A DNA stretch of 64,000 nucleotides from Acidobacteriota bacterium (lineage in GTDB: Bacteria > Acidobacteriota > UBA890 > WLXD01), in assembly GCA_965205505.1 (NCBI GenBank), contig CBDBHB010000009.1, forward strand, positions 640,001 through 704,000, read 5' to 3'. The position numbers were made by a program, and so were the translations under genes. The notes under the pieces were generated by a model, which worked only from the letters and a program-made list of their open reading frames with translations, had not been told where the DNA came from and did not search any database. Shown here in pieces: positions 49,798 to 59,841 of the stretch; the stretch's first letter is position 1, and every line of letters begins with the position of its first letter.

Positions 49798-50433
49798 CTA
49801 CCCGAGTGCCGCAGCGATCTCTCGCACCGCCGCGCCGGGACTGTCGGCGCCGAACACCGCGCTGACGACGGCGACGCCCGCTGCGCCAGCCTGCAGGCAG
49901 TCGGCGACCTGGGAAGCGCCGACCCCGCCGAGCGCGAGCATAGGAAGGTCAACTGCTTCGACCAGCTCGCGCAAGGCTTCGAGCCCGCGTCCGCATCCGG
50001 GCTTGGAGCCCGGATCGAATACCGGTGCGAATACGCCGAACTCTGCGCCGGCCACCGCTGCATGTCGTGCTGCTTCGGCCGAATGCACCGAAGCGGCGCG
50101 GCGAAATCCCACCGGCACCGGCTGCGGTCGAGTCGGAATGGCGCTCTCAGCCCAGTGGATTCCTCGTGCCCGAGCGCTGGCGGCGTCGATGCCGCCGCCG
50201 TTGACCAACACGGGCACTACACAGTTGGAGAGTCGATCCAGGGCGGCCTCGAGGGCCGCTTCACGCGTAGCTTCGCTGAGTTGCTTGGCGCGCAGCTGTA
50301 GGGCAGCCGGGAATCGATCGGGCAACGCCCCGATGGCCACGTCGATGAGATTCAGCCAGCGCTCGGTGCCGCCGCAGTACTCGTGGTCGGCGATCAGGTA
50401 GAGGCGCGGAGGTTTGCGCCCGCCTACCGCCAC
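49798..50433 (-). CDS. thiE: Thiamine phosphate synthase (ThiE/TenI family)
   Basis: [42 protein letters not shown]. Confidence 0.8.
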   Translation of the reverse strand: MAVGGRKPPRLYLIADHEYCGGTERWLNLIDVAIGALPDRFPAALQLRAKQLSEATREAALEAALDRLSNCVVPVLVNGGGIDAASARARGIHWAESAIPTRPQPVPVGFRRAASVHSAEAARHAAVAGAEFGVFAPVFDPGSKPGCGRGLEALRELVEAVDLPMLALGGVGASQVADCLQAGAAGVAVVSAVFGADSPGAAVREIAAALG

Positions 50434-51200
50434 GGGGTGCCTTTGGCCGGCGTCGATGCTTCGGCATGGTGCTTTCGCGGCATCCGACGGGCGCGAAACG
50501 CGTCTCGGCCAGCGGCTGCGGCGGCGCGCATCGCTTGCGCCATCATCACTGGATCGCCGGCGCGGGCGACGGCGGAGTTCAGCAGCACACCGTCGCAGCC
50601 GAGCTCGAGAACGATCGTTACGTCCGAGGCGGTGCCTAGGCCGGCATCGACGATTATCGGCACGCTGGCACGTTCCTTGATCAAGCTCAGGTTGTGCGGG
50701 TTGCGCACCCCCAGGCCGGAGCCGATCGGCGCCGCCAACGGCATGACCGCCGCGCACCCGATGTCCTCCAGGCGGCGCGCCAGCACCGGATCGTCGTTCG
50801 TGTAGGGCAGCACCACGAAGCCGTCCCGCACCAGCTCTTCGGCCGCCTGCAACAACCCCGCGGCGTCCGGGAGCAGGGTCTGGTCATCGGCGATGACCTC
50901 GAGCTTCACGACCTCGGTGCCGATGGCTTCCCGACCAAGTTGGGCGGTCAGCACGGCGTCCTCGGCAGTGTAACAACCGGCCGTGTTCGGCAAGATATGA
51001 ACGCCTGCGTTGTGCAGCAGCTCATACAACGATTCGCCCTTCGCCCCAGGACTGACCCGGCGCAGCGCCACCGTGACCATCTCGGTGCCCGAGGCGGCAA
51101 CGCAGTCGAGCATCACCTGTGTGCTCGGGTACATCGCCGATCCGAGCAGCACGCGCGAGTGAAGCTCCAGCTCGCCGATTTGCAGCGTGTCGTCGCTCAC
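50424..51200 (-). CDS. thiG: Thiazole synthase
   Basis: [33 protein letters not shown]. Confidence 0.95.
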   Translation of the reverse strand: MSDDTLQIGELELHSRVLLGSAMYPSTQVMLDCVAASGTEMVTVALRRVSPGAKGESLYELLHNAGVHILPNTAGCYTAEDAVLTAQLGREAIGTEVVKLEVIADDQTLLPDAAGLLQAAEELVRDGFVVLPYTNDDPVLARRLEDIGCAAVMPLAAPIGSGLGVRNPHNLSLIKERASVPIIVDAGLGTASDVTIVLELGCDGVLLNSAVARAGDPVMMAQAMRAAAAAGRDAFRARRMPRKHHAEASTPAKGTPWR

Positions 51201-51201
51201 C

Positions 51202-51402
51202 TCAGCCTCCGTGGAAAGGGGCGACAATCTCGATGTCGTCGCCTTCCTGCACCTGCACGGCCCTCCATTCCTTCCGAGGGATCATGGCGCGGTTGAGCGC
51301 CACTGCGACGGCCTTGGCATCGGCGGCGACCTCGTTTACCAGCGCGCCGATGCTCATTCCTGGGCTCAACTCACGCTCGGCTCCGTTAACTCTGGCGCGC
51401 AA
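51202..51402 (-). CDS. thiS: Sulfur carrier protein
   Basis: VNG..VAVALN..GDDIEIV; C-terminal GG. Confidence 0.93.
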   Translation of the reverse strand: MRARVNGAERELSPGMSIGALVNEVAADAKAVAVALNRAMIPRKEWRAVQVQEGDDIEIVAPFHGG

Positions 51403-52540
51403 TCGTATCCTCCACGGCTCCCGAAGGCGCGAAACGCCCAGGCTCCAGGCCCTTCAACAGCTCGGGGTCGTCGCCGTCCATCAGATCGGCCAGCAGGGCG
51501 GCGGTTGCCGGGGCCAGCAGAATGCCGTTGCGGTAGTGGCCGGTAGCCACGTACATGCCGTCGTGCTCGGTTGCGCCGATTGCCGGCAGGTGGTCGCGCA
51601 GCGCTGGGCGAAAACCCACGCACACCTCGTCCAACTCGAGCTCGTAGATTCCCGGCAGAGCGCGCCAGGCATTGTAGAGCAGATCCATTATAGGACCCGC
51701 CGTCGGGCGGGCATCGAATCCCTGTTCCTCGCTGCTGGCGCCGATCACCAGCTCGCCGGAGGCGCGCGGCAAGATGTACACGTCGGGGGTGCGGATGACT
51801 CGATCTAGCAGTCGCTCGCCTCGCAGTCGTAGCACCTGACCCTTCACCGGACGCAGCGGCAGCTTTGCGCAGGCCTCGGCGGCGTCGTGCGTCCAGGCGC
51901 CGGCGGCGACGATCACGCGATCGGCAACGATCTCCATCCGGTCGCCGGGAACCTCGACCGCAGCTTTCCAGCGCCCGTCCAGCTCCAGGTCGAGCACCTT
52001 CGCCGGCCAAACGAGCGTGCCGCCGCGAGCCTCGATCGCTGCCGCTACGGCGCGCGCCAGGGCGCGTGGATCGACCTGCAGGTCTTCATCGGCGGCAAAT
52101 CCCCCTACGACGCTCGGGCTCAACCTTGGCTCGCGACGCCTGATTTCTTCGGCGTCGAGCTGTTCGCAATGCAATCCCAGTCGCCGGTGCTCGGCGGCGC
52201 TGTGGCGCAGTTGTTCGAGATGATCCTGATCCAGTGCCACGAGCAGCGTCCCGGTGGTGTCGTAGCCGCACTGCAGGCCCGAATCCGACTCCACAGCGGC
52301 GACGAATTCGGCGTAGCGTTTCAGGCTGTCGACGGCGAGTCGAACCATTGCCAACTGCGTCGGTTCGGCCTCGGCGGCACCCGCAAGCATGCCCGCGGCA
52401 ACGTGGGTGGCCCCTGCACCGAGGCGGGCGTGCTCAACGACGGCCACGCTGCGCCCGCGGCGGATGTTCTCGTAGGCGCTGGCGAGCCCGATGATGCCGC
52501 CGCCGATCACCAGAACGTCGACAGTCTGACCGGATTTCAT
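51386..52540 (-). CDS. thiO: Glycine oxidase
   Basis: IGGGIIG, ATHVAAGML, PVKGQ, GFRP, GHYRNGILLAP; start ATG 52540. Confidence 0.93.
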   Translation of the reverse strand: MKSGQTVDVLVIGGGIIGLASAYENIRRGRSVAVVEHARLGAGATHVAAGMLAGAAEAEPTQLAMVRLAVDSLKRYAEFVAAVESDSGLQCGYDTTGTLLVALDQDHLEQLRHSAAEHRRLGLHCEQLDAEEIRRREPRLSPSVVGGFAADEDLQVDPRALARAVAAAIEARGGTLVWPAKVLDLELDGRWKAAVEVPGDRMEIVADRVIVAAGAWTHDAAEACAKLPLRPVKGQVLRLRGERLLDRVIRTPDVYILPRASGELVIGASSEEQGFDARPTAGPIMDLLYNAWRALPGIYELELDEVCVGFRPALRDHLPAIGATEHDGMYVATGHYRNGILLAPATAALLADLMDGDDPELLKGLEPGRFAPSGAVEDTIARQS

Positions 52541-52543
52541 CGC

Positions 52544-52602
52544 TACCTTCGCATTGCAACCAGACCGGTCAACGCTCCACCTCCGGTTGCCAGCGAAAGA
52601 TA
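52544..52602 (-). promoter_or_regulatory. Long hairpin in the thiO leader overlapping the RBS
   Basis: TATCTTTCGC/GCGAAGGTA, GCAACCGGA/TCTGGTTGC and GGT/ACC nested pairings ending 3 nt before the ATG. Confidence 0.45.
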
Positions 52603-52613
52603 CCACTAGCCCA

Positions 52614-53762
52614 CTATTGGGGCGGCTGAAGCCTCGCCTGTGTTTGCTGCAGCTGGCCGTCGCGGATGAAGCGCACAGCGACCACCTCACCCGCCTGTCG
52701 CAGCTCCAGGGCCTGCAGAACGTCGCCCCAGCTGAAAATTTGGTCGTCGTCGATCGCCGTAATGATGTCACCCAACACGATGCGGCCGTTGCGCGCCCGG
52801 CTGGTGCCCCGCAGCCCTGCCACATCGGCGGCGCCGCCCTCTGCGATGCTGCGCACTACCACGCCGTCGACGCCGAGTCGTCGTCGCGTGTCAATCGCCA
52901 AGGGCTCGATGCCGAGGCTGGGCCGCTGCAGCTGCCCGAAACCGATGAGATCGGCGACCACCCAGCGAACCGTATCGGCGGGAATGGCGAACCCGACGCC
53001 AGCGTAGGCGCCCGAGGGGCTGACGATCGAGGTGTTCACGCCGATGAGCCGTCCCGCGCTGTCGAGCAGCGGTCCACCGGAGTTGCCCGGGTTGATCGCC
53101 GCGTCGGTTTGAATGACGTTGCGGATCTCGGCTCCGGGCACCTGCGAGTTGATCTCCCGACCGAGGGCGCTGATCACACCGGTGGTGAGGGTGGAATCGA
53201 GGCCGAACGGATTGCCGATCGCGTATACGCTTTGGCCTACCAGGAGGTCGTCTGAGGTGCCCAGCGTGATGGGTTGCAGTTGCCCGGCAGACGCGTCGAT
53301 GTGCAATACGGCGAGGTCTTTTTCCTCGGCGTAGCCCACCAGCTGCGCGTCCCACTGGGACTGATCGCTCAGGGTCACGCGCGCCGCGGCGGCTCCTCGG
53401 ATCACGTGCCAGTTGGTAACGATGTGGCCGCGTTGATCCCACACCAACCCCGATCCTGTTCCCGACTCGATGCGTGTGATATCGAGTGTCCAGAGGTTGC
53501 GCCGATCGGCGAGCGACGTGATGTAGACGACCGACGGCGAGGAGCTCTCGAAAAGATCGATAGTCGACCGCTCTGATGAGGCCAGATCGCCGCGCGGCGT
53601 CACTCTCTGAGCGCTCTCCGTCGGCTGCGCCACCGGTCGGACCGCTGGCTGGGACTCCGGTTGGGCGGTGTCTGCCGTCCAGCCGAGGCCGAGAAAGAAC
53701 CCCGCCCCGAGCATCAGTCCAAGCAGTAAAGGATAGAGGAAGAGCTGCCGTGGTCCGGCCAT
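52614..53762 (-). CDS. HtrA/DegP-like trypsin serine protease with one PDZ domain
   Basis: GTGSG, VTNWHV, DLAVL, IQTDAAINPGNSGGPL. Confidence 0.93.
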   Translation of the reverse strand: MAGPRQLFLYPLLLGLMLGAGFFLGLGWTADTAQPESQPAVRPVAQPTESAQRVTPRGDLASSERSTIDLFESSSPSVVYITSLADRRNLWTLDITRIESGTGSGLVWDQRGHIVTNWHVIRGAAAARVTLSDQSQWDAQLVGYAEEKDLAVLHIDASAGQLQPITLGTSDDLLVGQSVYAIGNPFGLDSTLTTGVISALGREINSQVPGAEIRNVIQTDAAINPGNSGGPLLDSAGRLIGVNTSIVSPSGAYAGVGFAIPADTVRWVVADLIGFGQLQRPSLGIEPLAIDTRRRLGVDGVVVRSIAEGGAADVAGLRGTSRARNGRIVLGDIITAIDDDQIFSWGDVLQALELRQAGEVVAVRFIRDGQLQQTQARLQPPQ

Positions 53763-53891
53763 GTGATCTCCCATCAATGATCTCTCCAGCTCACGTCGTC
53801 CATCTCGGTTAGCGTAGACGCGTGTCTCTACAGGAGACTACTCCACTAGTTAACCAGACCGGGAAGCGAGCTTCCCGTACCGGGGGCCGGC

Positions 53892-55091
53892 TTGGAAACG
53901 ATCTCCATTCCTGCGGCGCGCCGGCTGGCGGTGATGCGAGCCGGATTGCTGCGACCTGAGCGCACCGGTTTGCCCACTCGTGCAGCGGGCCGAGGTCGCC
54001 GAGCCCGCGCCGCGGCCGGGTCGATCATCCGGCGCTTCGGCTACCTACAACTCGACACCGTCTGTGTGACCGGAGCGCGCAGTCATTCGCTGGTGCTCAT
54101 GTCGCGCCTGGACGGTGCCTCGCCGATGCTGGGGGAGTCGCTGCTGGCGCCGGGAGAGCCGCTGTTCGAGTACTGGGGTCACGAGGCCAGCTGGATCCCG
54201 ATCGAGCTTTATCGGGTTTTCGCCTTTCGTCGCCGCCACTACAACGTCCACCCCTGGTGGGGTGATCTACTCGTCGAGCATCCGCGCGTCGCCGACGCCA
54301 TCCTCGACCAACTCCGCGATCTGGGCCCGCAGCGCGGCGGCGACTTCGAGCAGGTTTCCAGCCGTGGCGGCTGGTGGCAGCTCAGCGTTGCCAAGAAGGT
54401 GCTCTCGGCGTTGTGGTCACGCGGCGACGTGGCGGTCAGCCGCCGGGTGAACTTCCAGCGCGAGTACGACCTCGCCGAGCGTGCGATTCCGGAAGCAGCG
54501 CGCGCCGACCCGGCGCCGCTCGGGGAGTCGATCGAGACGCTGCTGCTGCGCGCTTTGGCTGGCCATGGATGGGCCACCACCGGTACGCTGGCGGCAACCT
54601 GGCGATTGCAGAAGCTGCGCGCGGAAATCGCCTCCGCCCTGGAGCGTCTGTGCGAGCGCGGCGAGGTAATAGCGTGTCACCTCGAGGGACCGGGCACACG
54701 TAAGGCGGGCTGGATCCGGCCGGTCGACCTGGAAGTTGCCGAGGCGCTGCAATCGAGTCGGCCGCGCCGCGACCGTGGCCTGTTGCTGTCGCCTTTCGAT
54801 CCGCTGTTGTGGGACCGCTCGCGCACCGAGCTGCTGTTCGGTTTCCGGCAGCTTCTCGAGATTTTCAAGCCGGCGCCGCAGCGCGAGTTCGGCTACTACT
54901 GCTTGCCGGTACTTGCCGGCGACCGCTTGATCGGCCGCGTCGATCTCAAGGCCGACCGCCGCGCCGGTCGGCTCAACGTGTTGTCGGAGCACTACGAGCT
55001 TGACCCCGTCGTCGCCCGCGACCGGAAAGCCGCGGCAGAGGCGTTGAAACGACTTGCGAAAGCGCTCCAGCTAGAGGTGTGGCGTGGCTAA
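53892..55091 (+). CDS. ycaQ: Crosslink-repair DNA glycosylase, YcaQ/AlkZ family
   Basis: LQLDTV, FEYWGHEAS, LLSPFDPL, REFGYYCLPVL..GRVDLKADR. Confidence 0.88.
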   Translation: METISIPAARRLAVMRAGLLRPERTGLPTRAAGRGRRARAAAGSIIRRFGYLQLDTVCVTGARSHSLVLMSRLDGASPMLGESLLAPGEPLFEYWGHEASWIPIELYRVFAFRRRHYNVHPWWGDLLVEHPRVADAILDQLRDLGPQRGGDFEQVSSRGGWWQLSVAKKVLSALWSRGDVAVSRRVNFQREYDLAERAIPEAARADPAPLGESIETLLLRALAGHGWATTGTLAATWRLQKLRAEIASALERLCERGEVIACHLEGPGTRKAGWIRPVDLEVAEALQSSRPRRDRGLLLSPFDPLLWDRSRTELLFGFRQLLEIFKPAPQREFGYYCLPVLAGDRLIGRVDLKADRRAGRLNVLSEHYELDPVVARDRKAAAEALKRLAKALQLEVWRG

Positions 55092-55165
55092 CAGGCCGTC
55101 GCGGAGCGACGTCGAGTATCCGAGCAACCCTAATCCGTTGCATATTGCTGGGTCACCACCGCCTG

Positions 55166-55612
55166 CTAGGGCTCGATCTTGTCGACTCGACGCTGATGCC
55201 GGTCACCGCCGAACTTGGTCTCCAAGAAGACCTTCAGAATCGTGTCCGCCATCTGCCGGCCGAGCATGCGTCCCCCGAGACACAGCACGTTGGCGTCATT
55301 GTGTTGGCGCGCCATCTCGGCAGTATGGGGGTTGTCGCACATCACCGCGCGGACGAAGCCGATGCGATTGGCGACCATGCACATGGCGATGCCCGCACCG
55401 TCGATGAGCACGGCGCGATCGGCCTTGCCATGCGCTACGGCCCGAGCCGCCGGGCGCCCCACATCAGGGTAGTCGGCCGGCTTGGTGTCGTGGACCCCAT
55501 AGTCCTCGACGACATGCCCGTCCGCCTGCAGGCGGAGCTTGATGTGCTCCTTGAGCTCATACCCGGCGTGGTCGGCGGCGACGGCGATGCGCATGATCTT
55601 CCCGAGGGCCAC
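55166..55612 (-). CDS. rpiB: Ribose-5-phosphate isomerase B
   Basis: ADHAG, DYPD, ARQHNDANVLCLGGR, RHQRRV; DGAG in place of the usual CGTG motif. Confidence 0.88.
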   Translation of the reverse strand: MALGKIMRIAVAADHAGYELKEHIKLRLQADGHVVEDYGVHDTKPADYPDVGRPAARAVAHGKADRAVLIDGAGIAMCMVANRIGFVRAVMCDNPHTAEMARQHNDANVLCLGGRMLGRQMADTILKVFLETKFGGDRHQRRVDKIEP

Positions 55613-55629
55613 TGTTCAAAACGAGGCTG

Positions 55630-55745
55630 CTAGTGTCCTGAGTCAGGAATCCGATGCATATTGCATCGGCGTCGTCGCGCCTTCTGGGATCCGCTTCGGT
55701 CGCGCTCGCCACAATAGGCAACAGATTCCTGACTCAGGACGCTAG
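55630..55745. mobile_element. Short MITE-like element with CTAG flanks
   Basis: CTAGTGTCCTGAGTCAGGAATC ... GATTCCTGACTCAGGACGCTAG (21/22 inverted). Confidence 0.78.
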
Positions 55746-55925
55746 AGTAGCGTCGCACCGATCAGCAGTCGATGCGCGATCGCTCACTGCGATCGGCACG
55801 GCGACGGGTCTCGGGAGGCAGGCGCGCACGCTGATGACGACGCTCGACGGAAATCATAGGCGGCGCGGACGAAGCACGCTGGCAGCCGCTGTCGGCTTGC
55901 CATCTTTGTGGCGTTGCTGATGGGC

Positions 55926-57161
55926 TCAGGTTGTGCCCCCTCGCCAACCGGCGCACCGGCGGAGTCCGGACAAACGTCCACCGATGACGCAGGCGAGCGT
56001 GTTGGCCACCAGCCACTGCAAGCCGACCCAGCCGAGGGCCAGCCCAACGGCACCGCCGAGAACCGCCATCAGCAGACTCTCGGATAGCAACTGACGCACG
56101 ATGTGTGCACGCCCGGCACCCAGCGCCGCCCGTACTGCCATCTCGCGTCGTCGGCTGGCCGAACGCGAAAGCAGCAAGTTGGCCACGTTGGCGCACACCA
56201 GGAGCAATACGAACGACACCGTTCCCATGAGCACGAACGCGGTGGGCTTGAGCGTTCGCACGTTGGCGTCGGTCCAGGTCATGGTTTCCAGGCGCCAACC
56301 GAGATACTCGTCGTGCTGGCCGGCGTACTCGAGCTCGGTACGGCGTGCCACCGCCTCGAGCTCGGCGTTGGCCTGCGCCAGGGTCACGCCGTCGCCGAGT
56401 CGAGCGATGAGGTTCATCACTCGGCGGGTGCGCGAGAAATCCTCGGGCTGCGCCCACATCGGTGTCCACAGGTCGATGCCGTAGACCGTGGCGGCGCTCG
56501 GGAACACGCCGATGAGCGTGTGGTCCACGCCGTTGATCTGGATCGTCTGTCCGATCATGTCGGGGTCGCCGGCGAAGCGCGCCTCGAACACCCGGTTGCT
56601 GACCAGCGCCAAGGGCGCCATCTCGCGAATCTCGCGCGGTGAGAAGAAGCGTCCATGCTTGGGGCTCATGCCGAGCACGGTCAGCGGATCGCCCCACCAG
56701 AAAGCCGTGCGCAGGTTCTGGGGAATGTCACCGCCGGTGATCTGACGGTTGCCTACGTCGAAGGCGCCGATGCCGAGCCCCAATCTGATCAGCACTACTG
56801 CAGTGAACCCAGGCTGATGCAGCAACGTGCGAATGGCGAATCTGAAATCGCGCAGGAACATGTCAGGAGTCCATGACCTCAGTGGGGAGGTACGAAGATC
56901 GGCGAGGGGGTCAGGCGTCGGCGACCGACCGAACCGCGTCCGCACCGCAGTCGACATGAAGTCGACAATCGCCACGAGTGCGTAGCGAGACGCAGCTATC
57001 CGGCCACGCTGACGCTCCCGGCGAAAGCGCTCGCGGAATAGGTAGGCGATGTCGGCGCCGTACTCTCGACGCAGGTGCGGGGCCAGGGCCAGTAGCGCGA
57101 GGCGTTGAAACGGGGGCAGGGGAGCACCCCGGTGGGCCCCAGATGACGTGTGTCGCAGCAT
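55926..57161 (-). pseudogene. ADOP/MacB-FtsX-type ABC permease, internally deleted and truncated
   Basis: DFRFAIRTL..PGFT, LLLVCANVANLLL, REMAVRAALGAGR, QLLSESL; jump after LGLGIGA; second half missing. Confidence 0.82.
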
Positions 57162-57499
57162 CAGACCTTGGCCGAGTCGACCAGGCCGTCAACCCGCAGG
57201 TCATTGACCAGATCCGCAAGTCGCTGTGCCTCGGCGCGCAACACCGAGCGTCCGTGGTCGGTCAGTCGGAAGTACCGCCGCCGGCTGTCCGCATCATCGG
57301 GCGCATCAACCGGCGCGATCCAGCCACGGCGTTGCAGCGTCTGGATGGCTTCGTAGAGCGACGCTGGCCCGATCGAAACGCGGCCGCGGCCCCGCTCCTC
57401 CAGCTCTTGCAGCAGGCGGTAGCCATGCTGCGGCCCTGATTCCAGGGCCCATAGAATCAGCAGCACCCGAGGTGTCAGCGGCAGCGATTCGGTGCTCAT
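57161..57499 (-). CDS. PadR-family transcriptional regulator
   Basis: ILWAL..GPQHGY..GPASLY..RRRYFRLT; TGATG-coupled to the permease. Confidence 0.9.
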   Translation of the reverse strand: MSTESLPLTPRVLLILWALESGPQHGYRLLQELEERGRGRVSIGPASLYEAIQTLQRRGWIAPVDAPDDADSRRRYFRLTDHGRSVLRAEAQRLADLVNDLRVDGLVDSAKV

Positions 57500-57551
57500 T
57501 CGACGACTCCTCCGGCGACGGCCTCGATCGCCGCCGCGTCCGGTTTCCGGA

Positions 57552-57570
57552 TATTCTGGAAAACAGACTA
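57552..57570. promoter_or_regulatory. Putative PadR operator
   Basis: TATTCTG-N5-CAGACTA (6/7 palindrome) about 50 bp upstream of padR. Confidence 0.4.
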
Positions 57571-57615
57571 GTTGGTCGAGTACCCGGTAGTCAAGCGAGG
57601 TGGCGCGCGGGGGCC

Positions 57616-59841
57616 CTATTGCTGCAGTCGGCGAGCTCGCGCGCGTGCCAGCGGCCAGACGATGGGACCGTCGTCGTGCAGCAATCGTCCGTCACGATCG
57701 GCAGCCGCGCGCTCGAACGCATCGCGCGCAAGCGCGGTGTAGTCGGGCCCAAGCTCCGACAGTGCCAGTCCGAGCCAGTAACTGGACATGCTGGCGCCGA
57801 CCCCGGGGCGCTCGGGTACCTGGAGCGGTCGCACCAGGCGTACGACCTGTTCCCATTGGCCGGCGCGGAGCAGGATCGATGCCTCGTTCAAGGCAAGAAC
57901 CCACGCGGGTACGGAGCCGCCACCGGCGGTGCGCAGTTGCCGCACGGCGATCAATACGCTGGCGAAGGGCGAGCTTGTCGAGTCCGGGTCGATGATCTGC
58001 GGCGATGCTCCCACGAGAACCGCGATGCTGTTGCTGGCCAGTCCGAGCTCCAACTGCGCACCGATGGTCAGCTCATCCAGCGCCCCATGCAGATCTGCCG
58101 CCGTCGCCACAGGGGAGCCGTTGACCGCCACCACGATGTCACCGGGACTGAGTCCAGCGGCAGCTGTCGGCCCGTGTGGGCTAACGGTCAGCACTACCGG
58201 GCCGGGGGCGCCCATGCTGTCGATGAAATCGGCGCCAAGCCACGGCCGCTGGAATGTGCTGCCACCACCGAGTAGCTCGGAGTTGATACGCGTGCCGATG
58301 ACCACCGGATCGTCCAGCGCGACCCGTATGTGATCGCCGAACGAGGGGCCAGGACCGCCTGCAAAGGTCCCGATCTCAGCATGGGTGGCGACGAGGTCAT
58401 CGGACAGAATCGCAAAAACATACAGTGACGCCGGCGCCTGGCTGTCGAGATGCTGCTGCGCTTCGGGAAACCGCCACTGCACACCGCGGGGACCCTCGCC
58501 GCGCGCCTGAGATCGGAGCGCATCGATCTGCAGGCCGGCCTCCGCCAGCGCATCCGCGTCGCGCTGCGGCAGTGCCAGCCGATGCCAGCGACCGGAGCCT
58601 AGCACCAGCTCGAGCGCAGCCGCTACGGTCGCTCGGCCCACCTCGTCGTTGCCGACCACACCAAGAAAGTACACCGAGGGGTGGAGCTCGATGCTGACCT
58701 CGTGACGACCGTGGTCGGCGACGTCGACGTCCGTGCTGAACGACCCCAGGCTACCGCCGTCGACCGCGATCGTGTGTGCGCCAGGCGCTAGCTCGAGCTC
58801 GAGAACGCCCGCTGTCGCTTGAGAATCGACGACGCTATCGTCGATTCGCAGCTCGACGCCGTCGGGGAGCCGGTGGAGAACCACGGTACCCGCCATGCGT
58901 GGCAACGTCACCGGATCGAGCAGATAGTCGACCAGGTCGCCGACGGTGATCTCGCCGCTGTACGGTCGATAGCCGTCGCGCGTAATCTCGATGCTGTGCT
59001 CCCCGACGTTCATCCCGTCGAAGGTGAGCTCGGCTTCGCCGGATGCCGACGGGTTGTCGGGATCTGCCATCGTGTCGCCCACGGCGCGTCCGTCGACGGT
59101 CACGCTGGCCCCGGATACGTTGGTTCGCACCGTGATGATGGCGCTGGAGCGCTCCAGCACCACGTCGACCGTCAGCATCTCGCCAGCGACGACCTCGATC
59201 TCGCGCTGATGGGGCGTGTGCCCCAGCAGCTCGACGCTCAGGGCATGGGGACCCTCGGCCAGGGCGATTGGTTCGAGCGTGGTCTCCACCTCCCGACCAT
59301 CGACGTAGACGCGCGTTGCCTCGGGATAGAGCGTCAGCGCGAGCTCGCCGACGATCTCCGCTCGCAGCGCGTCGAACAGCTCGATGAGCTTGGGCGACAC
59401 CGTCGTTGGATCGAGCCGTGTTCGAGGTGCTACCCGGAGTAACTGGCGGAGGTTTGCGTCCGCTTCCGCCTCCTGGCCCAGGTTGAATCTCGCCTGGGCG
59501 CGATACGACAGGCTGCGCGCCATCATCGGCAGCACGTCGACATCCTCGGCAACGGCGTCGATGCGTGTAATGACCTCGCTGAACACATCGATCGAATCAG
59601 GCTGGTCGGCCGAGTTGAACAGCGCTTCGCCGCGAGCCAGCAGCACCCTGATCTCCTCGAGCGGATCCGTAGTAGCGTCCTGGGCCTGTGACGCACCCAT
59701 TCCGGCGGGTTCGATGGCCTCGGCCGGCACCGAGGAAACGGCGAGCGCGGTAATGCCGAGGAGCACTAGCAGGCCGGTGCCATGCGGGCGCACGCTCTGG
59801 CCACCGACCCGGCCGCTCACCGGCCCTTCGCCGAGTCTCAT
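57616..59841 (-). CDS. Exported TPR-PEGA-PDZ multidomain protein
   Basis: Signal-like segment; TPR; PEGA units (RVYVDG, SVTVDG..GEHSIEITRDGY); PDZ (GPTAAAGLSPGDIVVAVNG). Confidence 0.78.
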   Translation of the reverse strand: MRLGEGPVSGRVGGQSVRPHGTGLLVLLGITALAVSSVPAEAIEPAGMGASQAQDATTDPLEEIRVLLARGEALFNSADQPDSIDVFSEVITRIDAVAEDVDVLPMMARSLSYRAQARFNLGQEAEADANLRQLLRVAPRTRLDPTTVSPKLIELFDALRAEIVGELALTLYPEATRVYVDGREVETTLEPIALAEGPHALSVELLGHTPHQREIEVVAGEMLTVDVVLERSSAIITVRTNVSGASVTVDGRAVGDTMADPDNPSASGEAELTFDGMNVGEHSIEITRDGYRPYSGEITVGDLVDYLLDPVTLPRMAGTVVLHRLPDGVELRIDDSVVDSQATAGVLELELAPGAHTIAVDGGSLGSFSTDVDVADHGRHEVSIELHPSVYFLGVVGNDEVGRATVAAALELVLGSGRWHRLALPQRDADALAEAGLQIDALRSQARGEGPRGVQWRFPEAQQHLDSQAPASLYVFAILSDDLVATHAEIGTFAGGPGPSFGDHIRVALDDPVVIGTRINSELLGGGSTFQRPWLGADFIDSMGAPGPVVLTVSPHGPTAAAGLSPGDIVVAVNGSPVATAADLHGALDELTIGAQLELGLASNSIAVLVGASPQIIDPDSTSSPFASVLIAVRQLRTAGGGSVPAWVLALNEASILLRAGQWEQVVRLVRPLQVPERPGVGASMSSYWLGLALSELGPDYTALARDAFERAAADRDGRLLHDDGPIVWPLARARARRLQQ

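Noticed and set aside
52541-52700. Canonical TPP riboswitch upstream of thiO
   Set aside because: Conserved aptamer motifs are absent and the gap is only 73 nt
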